DNA of 64,000 nucleotides from Eledone cirrhosa (GCA_964016885.1 OZ024741.1:299026001-299090000); one strand, 5' to 3'. Positions 36,871-52,286 are shown, counted from the stretch's first letter. A program made the numbers and translations. Notes: generated from the letters alone by a model not told the origin.

Positions 36871-37759
36871 TACATAAAGAACCACACGTACATGTGCACA
36901 CATATTCCATTCTCTTTCATAGCGTTTCCGTGAGTCGAACATGAAATTCGCATGGTATATAATATACGGTGTGGAAAAAAATCTTTCAACAGCGAAACAA
37001 ATTATATAGCCAACTGAAAAAAAAAATTACATTCTGTTTCATTGTTAGATTCTTCAGCAATGTTTATTATATGCCATACATAATGCACGTTTCCTGATTA
37101 TTGGAATTACTTATCGACGTATACGAAGTTCTTGAATACTTTTATATATATGTATGTATTTAGGATTTAGAAATTCACTTTACCAATAATTGCTATTATT
37201 ATACTAAAAATTGGAAATAGTATCTAAGTACGTGCATATTACAAAATAATTCGTTGCTTTATTCTTATGAATACTCATAACTGCCTTCTTTGCCGCAAAT
37301 TTGTACGTACTGATCTACCTTTTGACATTTGTTAATGCTAGTTCTGTACAATCTAGCCCATGCTAGATCGTAGATATCTCAAACACTAAAGCAAGGGACA
37401 CATTTCTAGTAGCAAATAAAATAACAGCAAATAAACTTTCTACTTTAACCTCGTCAACTAGTAATTATGTAGGTAATCTAAAATCAATATTTGAACAATA
37501 TAATTTCCTAAAAATATTTCCATATTTCTATATATAAATGCAGGAAGAATTTTCTGTAATGCAAATAATGACACCATTGAATCTTCCAACCTAAAAGTTT
37601 TTCTGCATTCCATTTTACATATATTCTCAATCAAATTATCTTAATGAATCGAATATACTCTGAACAACCTTCATAAGTATTGGTATTCCCAAATTAAGAT
37701 ACTTTATAGTAATTTATTTGTCCGTAGTTTTTTAATATGTCAGGCGCCATATCCTCCTT

Positions 37760-40490
37760 TGTTTTTAAACTCTCTCTTCTGACTCCATGACTTCTCGCTT
37801 CGCTCCTAACCGACCCATCACCACCTTTAAGCGCACTCGTAATCTCTGCGAGCTACGGGTGTGTAGTTACTTCCTTTTCCCCTAGGATTCTACATGGCTC
37901 TTGTCCCTGTTTTCGTCGTCGCTGTAATACCTAGCCCTTCATTTCCAACCTCACCACTCTCACAGGCACTAACGGTTCTTTCTGTACCCTCCACTCTTTC
38001 TCCTGCACTTTCACCCACGTTGTCTAAGCCCTTCAGCGTTCCCTTAAACCGCCCGACCTTCACAAGTCCCCGGGAAGTAAGTAAAACTTTCTTCTTCTCC
38101 TTTAGCCTGCCAATATGGCAGTTTTAAGAGTAGGATGTTTAAATGTTTGTGGACTGCGGTCGTCCTGGAAGAAGTGTGACCTGAGGAACGACCTCAAGTC
38201 ACTAAATATGGATATGATTGGCGTCAGCGAGACCAGGATTTCCGACACACACGCACTAGTCCCCATTTTCGACGAGTATCAGATCTTCGCATCACTGAGT
38301 CGGCCGGTAATGGGAAGTGGGATGGCAGTGCTGTTTAGAAAAGCCATGGATCTTGAGGTAAGGTCGATCTTCTGGGACCCAGACGGTAAGTTGGTGGTCC
38401 TGGACGTGAACAATACTGAAGACGGTGCATTTAGACTGGTGGCTATCTACGCTCTAACCGGAGCCGGACGGCGGGACTTCTTTAGACGCCTGGAAGCCTT
38501 TCTGGGAACATCTCACCCTTTACCGTTAGCAGGAGACTGGAACGACATGCTAGACGCACCCTGTGTGGGTGTAGCTGATGGGAGCGAGGGATGAAAAGCC
38601 TCAGGTACCTGATCAGCCAGTTCCAACTACTTTACTGGTACCGACTAACTTTCCCTAATGCGCCAATGTGCACATGGACCAACCACATCGGGAAATCTAG
38701 ATCGTATATAGATAGGTTTTTCATTAGGTCAGTAGATAAGAATAACATAGGTTGTTTAACTTTCAAACCGTTGCCTATTCAGATCATGAGTTTGTGATCT
38801 GTATAGTCGACCTAGATAAAAACACGCAGGTTGGGACTTGGTTACTGGGAGTTGAAGATGTGGTTTCGGGCACGTATGGCTTACTGGGATCGGGTCAACA
38901 ATTTAGTTAAGAAAGATCGCGAGCTGTACGATTCCAGGCAGATGTTTGAAGCCCTTTGTCAGTACTTTGCTCGGCTGTTTGTGAGGGGCGGGGGCCGAAA
39001 ATGGTAGCACCTTTCAGTCCCTCCTTCGATGACATACCGCCTCACTCACCAGCCGATGCTGAACGCTGCGAAAGGCCGATAACTTCAGCCGAGAGTGCTG
39101 ATGCCCTAGTCGGCCACACGAGGGGCAAGTCAGCCGGTTTGGATGGTCTGCCCTACGAGCTTTATATATATGTGACAGATTTATTCTCTGATCTCCTCGA
39201 ATCTCTCTACTGCAACTGGCAGCAGGACGGGAGTATTCCTAGTCCCGTAGTGACGCTGATAAGGAAAGACGAGAACAAGAGGGATACGTTAGATAACTTC
39301 AGGCCCATAACTTTGCTGAACACAATGTTTAAGATTTTTCCAATGTGTTAGCGAAGTGGTTGGTGCTTGTGGAGGTGACAGGTTCCGTTGATGAGCCGGT
39401 CCATCTGCTGCCAGCACCCTCTTTGCGGAAGGCTAGGTATGAGTGGCTAATGATGCGCAAACATGCACTGAGGCTGCTGCATCTCCAGATATTCTGCCTA
39501 AAAGATGAACATGTTTGGTTTCCGTTTGTGAGACAGGCCTTTCCGCAGCTCGTCCCTTTCACTGAACGGCAGACTTGCGTCAAGTAGAGATCGAGACTGG
39601 ACGCCGGGCGTCTGGAATGTTGCCAGGTGCTCCCTGACCTCTGCCAGGCGGGCAATGTGAACTGCGACTCTTGGGTTTTATAGAGAATTAGTGTTGGGCA
39701 AGTGCGATGTCGCACTGAGAGAAGATCTGGGCTTCGACGAAGTCGAACTGACCAGTCTGTACCGGAGAACTTTCGAGCCGGAGACTATGGATAATTTCCA
39801 GAAATTCCTCGCTTAGCAGTGCTACCAGGGGACACTGGCGATTCGAGATAAACTACTGGCACGGAAATACTGTCAGACAGATCTGCCCGAAATGCGCGCA
39901 GGTCGATAAAACTGTTCTGCACTCACTCGTCCAGTGTCCGTGCACGACTGACTTGTGGCGTTATGTCGAACAGCTACTGTCGCCTTTAGGACGTATCCGG
40001 CTATCGGCCTAGTCCATAGTGAAGATCGACCCGCCGCCTTCTTTTGGCCAGGCACGGCAGGCAATTTTACTGTCTAGTAGCAGTAACGAAAGAGGTTTCA
40101 TGGTGGACCAGGTTGAAAGGACTGAAGACACTTTTCTCTTCGGCCAATCCCTCATCAACTTTTCCATGTTTCACTTAGAAAGAAGGTGAGGGTGGAATGT
40201 GGCGAGAATGGCCCGTGTGAATGGGTCTACTCTGAGCATACACCTGTAGGTTGGTTAATTTGAGTAAGAAAGGGGTGCCCTTCCCGGATGCCCTCGAATC
40301 GTCGGGTGTTTCAGGATTGGTGGGTTCCCTGAGTCGAACCTAGGGATTTTCATTGTACTTTTCTGGTTATTTTGTTATTGTTATTTATATTTTTATACGT
40401 TGCATATTTAAACCCCCAACTGTCCTGTCTATTGCATTGTCCCTTATATGTCGGCCCTCGTGGCCAATAAATGAAACAATTAGTATTATT
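37760..40490 (+). mobile_element. Old, internally deleted Tx1-clade relic related to copies 1 and 2
   Basis: MAVLRVGCLNVCGLRSSWKK..DPDGKLVVLDV..AGDWN, KSAGLDGLPYELY, DNFRPITLLNT, WLMMRKHALRL. 3' end GGCCAATAAATGAAACA-ATTAGTATTATT. The 5' boundary is uncertain. Confidence 0.85.
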
Positions 40491-40498
40491 TTTTTTTA

Positions 40499-40735
40499 GG
40501 GCCGTGTATTTGCAGTATCGGTAGAGCGTCAGATAACATGCTTTGCAGCATAGAATTACGGCCTTGTACGTTCTGGGCTCAAATCCCGCCATGGTAGGCT
40601 TTGGCTTTTATCCTTACGGGGTCGTTAAAATAAAGTACCAATCATACACTGGGGTCGATTTAATCGACTTTCCCCTCCCCGAAAATTGCTGACCTTATGC
40701 CTAAATCAGAAACCATTATTACCATTATTATTATT
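40499..40735 (+). mobile_element. tRNA-derived SINE (same family as 771-960)
   Basis: B-box GGCTCAAATCC, core TATCCTTACGGGGTCGTTAAAATAAAGTACCA, (ATT)-like tail. Confidence 0.75.
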
Positions 40736-41089
40736 TTGTCTGTTTATATACATACACACTGATACTCATAACTGAGAGAAGTGTGGACGAAAGGAAATTA
40801 AGCATCCTGTTTCGTATTTATTTTCATTAACAGTGAGGATTGAGCAAACATATTTCACCCTGTGTGAACGTATCATTCATTTCATTGAAATGCTTTTATT
40901 ATTGCTTCTGAACTACTTTCATACTGATTTCCAACCGTTTTAACGGATTATCTGGTTGTTTTATACTTGCTCTTTACTGTCATCTAATTCTCTTCAGATA
41001 TCGCTTCCTACTGTGTAATAAATTATTGTGTGCTATTTCCTTTCAATTTCTTTTTGCTTTCAACTGTTCAGGTAACCCTGTTGCTCTTA

Positions 41090-41345
41090 CATTATTCTCT
41101 ACTGAGAAATATTTCTCCAATGTAAAATATTTTTGTGTAGATTTTATACTTGCTGTTAAATATTTTTCTATAGATTTTCATCCTGATTGTCAAATAGTTT
41201 TGTACAAATTTTATCCCGATTATCTTTGTGCAGAATTTTTTCTTAACTCTCGAAGATCTTTGTGCAAATTCTTTCCTTGCTGTCAAATATTTCTGTACAG
41301 ATTTTATTCTAGTTATATATTTGTACAGATTTTATCCCAACTGTC
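41090..41345. repeat. Degenerate ~31-bp tandem repeat
   Basis: Recurrent TGTCAAATATTTCTGTACAGATTTTAT-like unit. Confidence 0.55.
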
Positions 41346-41724
41346 ACATCTGGTTATTTACTGATTAAATTCTTTACATATTTCCTTCTGTGCACCAAAT
41401 GGTGTTCTACTGAATTTCTATTTTTCCCTCACCTATTTTTTAAATCTGTTTCCTATAAAATATTAATAAGAATATTTTATCCATTTGATGGACTTTCAAC
41501 AAATGATCTACCGATTTTATTTTCTATGACCTCAGTATGGTATTTCACGCCCTTTAACTTATACAATACTCTCTCTGCTCAATTTCTTTTTCTCAGCTCT
41601 GTACTTCCTGCCTTAACTTAGTTTACTGTCTGAGCACTGTCTTTTTCTGTATTTGAGCTTTGTATTTCTGTCTCGGCTGTAACTTTCTATCTCGGCTCTA
41701 TAGTTCTTGTCTAATCTCTGTTTC

Positions 41725-41877
41725 TTTACATTCTGAGTTCAAATACCACCGACGTCAACTTCGCCTTCTACCGGGATCGATAAATAAATCATCAGTCAAG
41801 TACTGGAGAGGATTTAATCAACCTTACCCTTCACCTCAAATTGCTGACTGTGTGCCTAAATTACAAATCAGTATTAT
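41725..41877 (+). mobile_element. Degenerate SINE copy
   Basis: CTGAGTTCAAATACC..GATCGATAAA..AAATTGCTGACTGTGTGCCTAAA. Confidence 0.6.
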
Positions 41878-43143
41878 GTCATGGACTCGGTGGCTATTAA
41901 TTTAGAGGTTTGCAACACAGGTAATTGATCACCAAGTTTAGTAAAATTGAACCTTACGCGAATAAAAAACAAACCAAAATCCAAGATTGAACTCAATGTT
42001 TCGCTTTAATAAAATTAACATTTTTTTTTATAAATGTATTTATACTAAAATTTGAATGAAGTAAAATGTGTGAGATTTCATGTACTTGTTTTTTGTATTT
42101 ATTCACCCTTTTCAGGAAGGAATTACTATCAAAATACCTGCTTTGTTTTATTACAACTTATCGATCAGTCAACATACCAACACATTACAGAAGCAATAAA
42201 TAAATAAATAGATAAATAAACAAAATAGACAACAATGAAAAGAAAATGATTTCAATGAACAAAAAACAAATATACGTTTGTTATCTAACTAAACGTATTA
42301 TATGTTTGGTTATAGTTTATCAAAAACCAACAAAGAATGCCAGTAGCTAGCGCTCACGTTTGTTATATCTTTTGTTATCATTTTACAAATAACCTACGGC
42401 AGTTGATGATCTCTAGTTAACATTCGCTGACAACGATAGCCATATATGAATGAGGAAATGTTAAAACAGCAAAGGCATCACAAAAACAGCGTCAAAACCC
42501 AAACCACCAGAAAACAATAACACAGGAAACAGGAATTAAGAGGCATAGAAAAATACAATACGAAAAATGCAAATAAGGGAAAAACAATAAAACAAAGAAA
42601 AAAATGATAAGCACTGAGACTGAGTGGAAACAATTGAAAAGTGCAATGTGGTGCATTGTGATAGGGGAAAATACAATCTAATCGATAATAGACTTTAAAA
42701 GACAAAATATAATGATTCGATCACTAAAAGAGGAAATAAGAAATATTCTGTTCAATAACCTCCATCCTCCATATAAAACAAACAAATATACGATAAGAGC
42801 ATCGCAAGAAATAGCAACAGCAGAGATCGCAACAGTTGTGTAGGAATATCAACAAACAAAATATAACATCGTTATCATCACAAACACATTAAGTAAGATT
42901 TGTGGTTAGCTTGAACTAATCACGCGTTATGTGTGTATATACGTTACTTCTGATGGAGTCATAGGCGTCTTGTGTAATTTAATACTGACGGAGCCAGTCC
43001 TCTCTCTATGTTTGAATTGAGCCAATTTCATTCATATAAGAAGAAAGAGAGAGAGGGAGGAAGAAAGAAAAAAGAGAGAGGGTTCGAGGAAGAGAAAAGA
43101 GAGAGGGGGTGGGAGGGAGGAAGAAAGAAAGAAAGAAAGGGAA

Positions 43144-43177
<34 letters not shown>

Positions 43178-43211
43178 GTAGATATAGAGAGAGGGAGAGA
43201 GAAAGAAAGAG

Positions 43212-43281
<70 letters not shown>

Positions 43282-43289
43282 AGGAAGAA

Positions 43290-43448
43290 CCGACTCCAAT
43301 AATGGACTGGTATTTCTTTTTTCAACCCCGAAAGGATGAAAAGTAAAGTTGGCGTCGACGGAATTTAATCTCCGAGGGCAGAGAGAACCAGAACGAATAC
43401 CGTAAAGCAATCCAACCGATTTTCTAACAACTCTTCCAATTCATCACC
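43290..43448 (-). mobile_element. Degenerate SINE copy next to (GA)n
   Basis: Reverse core CAACCCCGAAAGGATGAAAAGTAAAGTT. Confidence 0.6.
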
Positions 43449-44799
43449 TTCACAATTTATTTATGTAACTTTAAAAACTTTTCGCCGGAAATACTACACG
43501 TTATGACATTAAATGCTGACTTATTACTACAGTTGCTTGAAAACACAGCTCTACTAACTCCATCGTTTAGATTTCTTTTTATCAAAGTGACATTTCCATC
43601 TATATCCTTCAATTATTTTCAGTTGCTTCATGCCTATGGATAGACATTTCCGTTTCGCTAGGTTTGAATTATAAAAACTCTATTCCAAAAAACAGTCTAC
43701 TTCAACACATTCCTTTAAGGCGTTTCACAAATGACAGCCTTACTATGCTGAAGCCAGACTTTGTGATTCCATATTTGAATCTTAGCGCATCTATACGTAC
43801 TGTATCTTTAACTTTTGTTGTTTTTAAAACACGTTTCTCTTTACTACTTTTACTGCAATACAAATCTTGCTCACGGAGATATGCGAATTCTCATTTATGA
43901 TATTCAGTTATTTTTGACATTTGCAATGATCTATTATGAATATAAACGTCACCTCATTTCTGCCTTTTACACATTCCGTTGGTGTAGAAGTGTTTGTAAA
44001 AACAATCTTTTGAATAATGAAACTATTCGGCTTGTATACTATCGTGGGTTGTTTCTGTTTGCCCAAGATCAGCATTGAACGAAACAAATCATTGCCAAAG
44101 ACATTTCGATCGTCAATATTTAAAAGAAATTACATTATCTAACATGCCATTTTACATTTTAGGATGTGTATTGAGACGGATGTGTATGATCTGTAAGTCC
44201 CAATGGAGTGATAGATGTGCTGTAATGACATACGACATATCTTGGGAATTTTTGAGCTGGCGCTGCCCATCACTTACATGGTCTTAACACAGCCCACTTC
44301 TCCCAGAGAAGAAAATGAGTGAGAAACATATAGAGGAAATATAGACCCAAATTACTAAATTGATACTTTTTAAATCGATCTCCAGAGGATGACAAGCAAA
44401 GTTGGATTCGGCGGGGTTTGAATTCTATCAGAGATTTTCATTACTCTACCAATTCACTAACTCTTGCAAGTGAATACTGCTTTCAAATAATGTTGTTAAT
44501 ATTTATGTATCAGGAACGTGTTTTGAAGGTGACAGATATTGTTTGGAAATCGCTTCTGTATAGATTGTCACAGAAGACAACGTATATAAAAAAATAGAAT
44601 ATTTTATATAACTATTTTGAGAACAGTAGTGTCGTTGGTTACATGTTTCAACCGACCAATCACTGGTAAACCGCATTTCTACCGGTGTGAGTAACAAGAG
44701 AGTGTTTACCTCGTGCAGGAGAATTCATTGCAAAGCGCTGTTTTTCTCATCCCATATATACACTCATCATATTCACATATGAATATTTATATATACCAT

Positions 44800-45005
44800 A
44801 AAAGGGTGGGCTGAAAGGTTCATAGGCTGACTATGAAGGAGTGATGCTAGAGCTGTGAAATCTTGCAAGCATTAATTTCAACTCCCCTTATGAATAACTG
44901 CATTGCTTCTTTGCAGTGACTATGTTGAAAAATAAACCTCATTTGGTCATTCCATTAGGTCAGCCTATGAACCTTTCAGGCAATGGGCTTTTCAGCCGAC
45001 CCTCG
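44800..45005. mobile_element. Tc1/mariner-like MITE
   Basis: Inverted termini AGGGTGGGCTGAAAGGTTCATAGGCTGAC and GTCAGCCTATGAACCTTTCAG...TTTTCAGCCGACCCT. Confidence 0.65.
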
Positions 45006-46311
45006 CATGTATGATAATTTTCTATTTGTTTTATCAGATACTTGCGGTGAAATGTTGTTTAGAAATATATTGTTGTACTTGGGCAGTGTCACACTGCGAA
45101 TAGAAATAGGCACACTAGGTGTAGGTTTTAGTTTTTGTTTTATTATCAATTAAATAATCAGTCAATTAATATTAAAACGAAAGTGAACAGCATGCATTGC
45201 GTGTCTGATTATTGACAGAATTCTCCCTAGAAAAAGCAACAATAAATATATCATCTTTCGTTTAGTATACGTGCAATGAATGTTTCATAGTTTTTTGCAG
45301 TTTACTTTTTATGTCTCTTCTGTTAATTGTTCATTTGGTCAATTAACCATTCAGTGAAACGATCGTAGGTCAGATATCCGTTTTCTCATATTTCCGTCGG
45401 CAATATATCCGATCACACTTAAGAAGCTCAGTACACGCAACTAACAACTACAGGATAAGATATAATCTATGTGATACAATGGGTGGGATACTGTAATCAG
45501 GATACACTGAGGAGGTTTCAAGACTTCGTTCGTGAAATGTAACGTATAATGAAAGAAATTAGATTTGAGATGTTAAGTAATGTGAAATTTGTATCTGCCG
45601 ACAGAATGTGCCACAGTTATTTATCATTTATATTTATAGAGTTTATGTAATTTCATCTACCTGTCTTTTAACTATAATCAATTATAGGATTTGTAGATGA
45701 GCTTTAACTTATAGATACTTTAAACACATCTCTGAGCGTTTACTATTAACAGATATTCGAGAAAATCGATCACGTATACACTCCTAGGTCGATACAAACA
45801 AAATCTAAACAATTATTAGGAAATTATATTGTGCTCCATTTATAATATATTATTATTTAGCACCATACCAGGGTCGATCTATTAGATTTATGATCAAAGT
45901 CATCCAGGCAACCACCTTTTAATGACAATGTATCTAGAACTACGTTATCTAACGTGTCCGTACGGGGCGCAGTCTTTTGAATTGTTGGCTAAAAGACCAT
46001 ATTACATCATGCTATCTTTTCCGATAGTTCTTACTATCTTATCAATCACAAACTGTATGGTAATTACAACAGTAATATCTATACTAATATGTTCTGTGTC
46101 TCTTTGTGCTACCAAAATCTCTCAGTTCTTCAAGTAATCGTACTAGTATTTCACAGATTTTAACGATGTTCTTAAGCACGTCTTGGACCGTTCTTTATCG
46201 ATTGAATAGATTTCATTTATGCACACAAACCTACCTACCTACATATATAGCACATACCCACACAGAGACATTCATGCATGTATAAGTATGTATATGTACA
46301 CACACACACAC

Positions 46312-46342
<31 letters not shown>

Positions 46343-47574
46343 AGTGTATGTGTGTGCGTGTGTATTTGTGTGTGGTGTGTGTATTTGTATGTGTGCGAAT
46401 ATATACAATATTGCTATCAATTATGTAGAAATACTGACACGTCTATCAAAACCATTTATTGCCGCTAAAACGTAATGTCATTTTCATGCCAATAATCTTC
46501 CATATTGAATTAAAAGACATTACCAGTAAACAGTAGGACTATGAACGGCATTAAAAGCGATAAATATTGAAGTGAGAGAATTAATTAAAGACAAGGAAAC
46601 GTTATTATGATAGACAATAGAAGTAATTTCATTCATCTCAGAAACCTTTTATATTACGTTGAATGCAAATATAATAGCTAAAGTGAGAAACTTTCTAAAC
46701 GAACAATATTATTAATTGACCAGGCTTTTATCAATGAAAAAAAAAAATGTGTGTATATTACAGGTTATGGAAATTATCGGAAGGACAAAGAATAAACCGC
46801 CCAGATATTTCAATTTAGCCTATGACATTATCTACGTCAAATTGACAAGATATTTCTGCAAAAAGAACTGAATCTAAGTTTGTTGTATGACAGGGTCATT
46901 GTTTATTAGTTTGAGCAAAGAAAGCTATTTCATTTCATTTGTTTATGCCCTCAATCTCACAGATAAACATTTTGAAGTGAATAAAAAACATATTTAAGGG
47001 AATATGAGTTCGTCTGTGTTTAAAGATATGCATTAGAATGAGTTCATGGTTTAAAAACCCACGACCAGTAGAAAACAGTTTGCATTATCTAATTATATCA
47101 AATGCAGAATCTTGGTAGAAATGTTCAAGAAAATGCTGTACAAAGCTTTGTTTCAGACTTTATACATTTGAATTCAATTTTTTTCTGGATTGCCTTAGCA
47201 TCTTTATTTAATTGTAAGTTCATAAAATAAAGAAAATTTTGTATATGTTTATGTCTAAAACATATACTACAATACAATTAAACATTAAAGTATGTGTACC
47301 CTTTATACGTTGTATTGTTTGTATTTAGTAGTTCATTCCGAGCTTTTGTTACTATCTCTCACATTGATCTTCTTTTAGCACAATTGTGTTGTTTCAACGA
47401 AATGTTTCAAGCGAAAGACACGAAATAAGTTTTATTTTTGTCTATGTTGTGATCCTTACTCCCTTTCTTCATTTCGTTTTCAAATTTGATTTTCATTTTG
47501 TTAATCTTATATAATATATATAACCTTTTCATAAAAAGGTATGTTTACAAATTTCCATGACGTTATTGGTTCAT

Positions 47575-47800
47575 AAATAATAAGGATTTCTACTAGAGGC
47601 ACAAGGCCAGTAATTTGAGGGGAGAGGAAAGTCGATTGAATCAATCCCAGTACGTTACTGGTGCTTTATTTTATCGACCTCGTAAGGATGAAAGGCAACG
47701 CTAACCTCGGCAGGGTTTGAATTCAGAACTTAAAGGGCCATACCTCTATGTTGCAAAGCAAGGTGTCCGGCACTCTATCGGTACTGCCAATGCACATCCC

Positions 47801-47853
<53 letters not shown>

Positions 47854-48055
47854 GATTTCTAGCATAGGCACAAGGCCAGCAATTTGGGGGAGAGGAAAGT
47901 TGATTAAATCAACCCCAGTACGTAACTGGTGCTGCATTTTATCGACCCCCGTAAGGATGAAGGCAAAGTTAACCTCGGCGGATTTGAATTCAGAACTAAA
48001 GGCCGTAACTCTTCTGCAAAGCATGGTTTCTAACGTTCTACCGATACTGCCAAAA
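47575..48055 (-). mobile_element. Two tandem SINE copies, each with an (ATT)n tail
   Basis: About 47575-47790 and 47803-48055; reverse core ATCGACCCCCGTAAGGATGAAGGCAAAG; (AAT)n at 47803-47850. Confidence 0.8.
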
Positions 48056-49310
48056 TAATGGAACCTGCAAGAACTACTAAGGTTGGACACTGAGACAAGG
48101 AAACTACTGACAACGGCAAAAACTGCACCACTCAAAAGCCGAGGTACGTAGGCTGTATATCTCAAGAAGAGAAGGTAGAAGGGGTCTCCGACAACTGAAA
48201 GCTGCATACAAAACAGAAACCATTGGATTGGATAGCTACCTCCACCACACTCGAGATGAACTCCTTAAGCTTGTACTCATATATGAATGAATTAAGAAAC
48301 TACAGTCAATAACAAAAGAGGCAAGAACATTTAGGCAAAAATCAAAATGGAACAATTCATACCGAGAGAAAATCAACAACAGAGTGCTACACAGCTACAT
48401 ATGACTGAGAATATCAAAGCTAAGAAACTCGAAAAAGAGGAATTAAACTGTGAGTGGAAGGCAAAACCACTATATAGTAATTCGTACAACGTCTTTCTGA
48501 CAATGATATCAATCAGTATGGTTCACTATCCTGGCTCAGAGGTGCTGGTTTGAAAGTAGAGACTGAGGGACTCTTAGTTGTTTCACAAGGCCAATCTCTA
48601 AACACTCGGGCCTATAGACACAGAATAGTGAAAGATGAGACTAGACTCTATGCAGAATATGCTAGAAACATGAAGAAACGGTAGACCATGTTATCTCCGC
48701 GTGTTCAGAGCTAGCAAAAGCTGACTATATCGAAAGACACAACAGCATTGCCAAATATGTGCACTGGATGCACTGCCGGTCTCATGATATCCAAACCTCT
48801 ACCATATTGCATGGACGTTAACCAATAGCAGTTAAGGAAAAGGGCAACATATCGATCTTGTGGGATATGCCTGTCATAACCAACCAAAATATCGCTGCCA
48901 ACAGACCAGATATCATATAAAACAAAACAGATAGGACATGTAGCCTTTATATATATTTCTGTACCAGCTGACAAGAATACATCTATAAAAACAATGAAAA
49001 AAATGTCAAAATACAAAGACCTGGAAATAGAGATCATACGCAACGGGGGGATGACCACAAACACTATCCCAGTGGTAATAGGAGACTTAAGATTAATACC
49101 CAAATCCTCATATCTACATCTTAGCGTCCTTCCCCGCAATACCAGCAAATATGAGCTAGAGAAGATCGGGCTACTAGGAACAGCACACATTCTCAGACAT
49201 GTTCTCTCTCTACAATGAAAACATCTATTGCTCTAGGTTCAAGGCGTGAACCCGGCAATAGGGAAACAAAACTAAGCTAAACGAAATAACACAATAATAA
49301 TTATAATTAT
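48056..49310 (+). mobile_element. Degenerate 5'-truncated R4/Dong-like RLE element, third family
   Basis: GLKVETEG, ETVDHVISAC, RHN, NRPDI, KMSKYKDLEIEI, LLGTAHILRHVL; ends in an AAT-rich tail. Confidence 0.8.
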
Positions 49311-50629
49311 AATAGTAATTTAAGGTTCTTCACTCTATTTCATAAGCTATTTGATAACATCTCCAGGCATGAGCACTTTATTCTTAACATTAATTTGTTT
49401 AGACAGCTCTTTGTAAGAGTAAAAAAAATCGGTTATGTATGCACAATGTTTCTTTGTTTGCACACGGCGTATTTTGTTGACATCTGAAGGATGTGATTCA
49501 GCTATCTAATTTAAGATGGTAAGAGTTGTCACGGTCCCTTGACTGAATGGTTCAAAGCGCCTAGCCGCTATCTAAGAAATATGCGGTTAGATTCCTCAAT
49601 TTTATAAGCTATTTTAAAGCATCTCCGCGCATGAGCACTTCATTCTTTATCTTAACGCTATCTCCTTAGTGCGTTGTAAGGGTTCGAGAAATCGGCTACG
49701 TACACCTCCTCCCCACACACATATACACACATATAGATAGATAGATAGATATTTGTGTGTTTGTGTGTGCGTGTGTACGTATGTATGAGTGTGTGTTTCT
49801 CTATATGAATATGTACATGTATGAATATGTACATGCAGAACTTATGTGCTGAGGTGCACTTCTTTTTACTGTTTTCCTTAACATTTTCCCCTTTTACGTT
49901 TTTTATTATATATGTATTAGTTTTATGTTTATATATATATATATATATATATTGTCACAATTCTAGCGACTGAAAGAAACGTCGGCACGTTACGTATCAA
50001 GGAAGCGTTTTTTATCAAACGACTGTAACCGCAAATAAACAACCGATCAGAGAGAAGCGAAATGAGATGGCTGGTTTAAGTTAACAAGTGATGCAACAAC
50101 ACACAACACACGCACACATACACACACGCAAACGAGACAAGTACACACACACACGCACACACACACACAGAGTAACATTTAACAAACAGGCAGAGAATGG
50201 ACTGACAGCTAGCGCCATCCCACTCCCTCGTTCGGCCGCTGACCTCTGCACGACCGACCCCATTTCACGCGCACGCGCGCTCTGCCGAATACCTCAGATA
50301 TTCAAAACAACAAACAGCGAAGGACGCGTACCGGACTTGTCCGACAGACAACCTTTTCCCCCACCCCGAAAAAAACCCCAGTTGATGGATGTGAATCCGA
50401 AATATATAGGGACTATTAAATCTCTCCCAAGGTAACTCTCTCTTGTGTTGTTATTTTAATTTTATCCTTTATACTCTTCCCTTCATTCTACACATCTCAC
50501 ACATCTTATACACACCACGCATCTCAACGTACACCCACTTACATCTCTCTCTCCACCACCGGACCTTGTTACCCGGATATTTACCCATTTGCATTGTCGA
50601 GGCTTCCAAACGACTTAAAGATATTTACT

Positions 50630-51300
<671 letters not shown>

Positions 51301-52059
51301 GTGTATATAATTTGTATTAGTAAATAACCAGTCGATTACTAGCGTGTTGAATGTTTAGATTATGCACATGCAAACGAAAAGGAATTTACATTTATTCTTA
51401 CACTTGCTTATCCTGTCACATATCAATACTTGTCTCTTTCCTTTTTCTGCTTCTACTACCATAATATATCTATACAAACAAAATGCTTAATGGAATAAGA
51501 AATGCACTCAATAAATAACATTACATAAATATAAGGTATATTTACAAATCACTAATAGAATTCTTTTTTTTATTAATTCTCCCTCACTAGATCACAAATA
51601 ACACGTAAAAATGCGTTTATTGCACGCATAATCTGAATAGGTAGGTAGTAACCACCCAACACAACACACACATACACAGGCATTTACACACACACCCACT
51701 CACACATACACGCATACCCCCCCCCCCCCCCCCAACAAACAGTCAAACAAACACACACACATATATATGATATATATTTTATTAAGAAATGACTTATACA
51801 TTATAAGACTGTTGAATTCGCTGGAAATCACCGGAAAAATCCTGATTATTTCAATCGAATGAAACAATTTTGTTCCAGTATAAGTAATTTCTATTTAAAA
51901 TCAGACGTGTACCTTTTCTACTTAATATATTGAAAACCATACTTATCTGTGGCCTCTTTCCGTTTCTCTTAGGAAAACAATTCTTAAACAGCCGATCGAC
52001 AATATCCCAAACCCCATTCGCCTAACGTGTGGGGCGGATATCATGAAATCGGGCCGAGG

Positions 52060-52240
52060 AAACAATGTTTCCATTGGTATTTCCACTTGCTAATACTATC
52101 TGTCGGTTGCAAATCCAGGTAGAAGGAGCAACGTGAAATGAAGTGTCTTGCTCAAGGACATAACGCATTGACCGCTCCGGGAATCAAAATCACAACCTCA
52201 CGATTGCGAATCCAGTTCTCTAATCACTCAGCCACATGCG
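52060..52240 (-). mobile_element. Second tRNA-derived SINE family
   Basis: Minus strand GTGGCTGAGTGATTAGAG..GTTGTGATTTTGATTCCCG..TGTCCTTGAGCAAGACACTT. Confidence 0.6.
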
Positions 52241-52286
52241 TAATACATACATATATACATACATACATACATTCATACATACATAC

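Noticed and set aside
37027-37062. Minus-strand CTGAAGA..GAAACAGAATGTA hammerhead-like core
   Set aside because: Core and stem III are present, but stem I cannot form and stem II is only 2 bp.
40740-47570. Host protein-coding exons
   Set aside because: Only short ORFs without recognisable motifs. Small spliced exons cannot be excluded without transcript data.
49530-49600. tRNA gene
   Set aside because: Only degenerate A/B-box-like motifs and no complete cloverleaf; more likely a SINE head.
49954-50610. Possible solo LTR starting TGTCACA
   Set aside because: No matching terminal inverted end or TSD could be identified.
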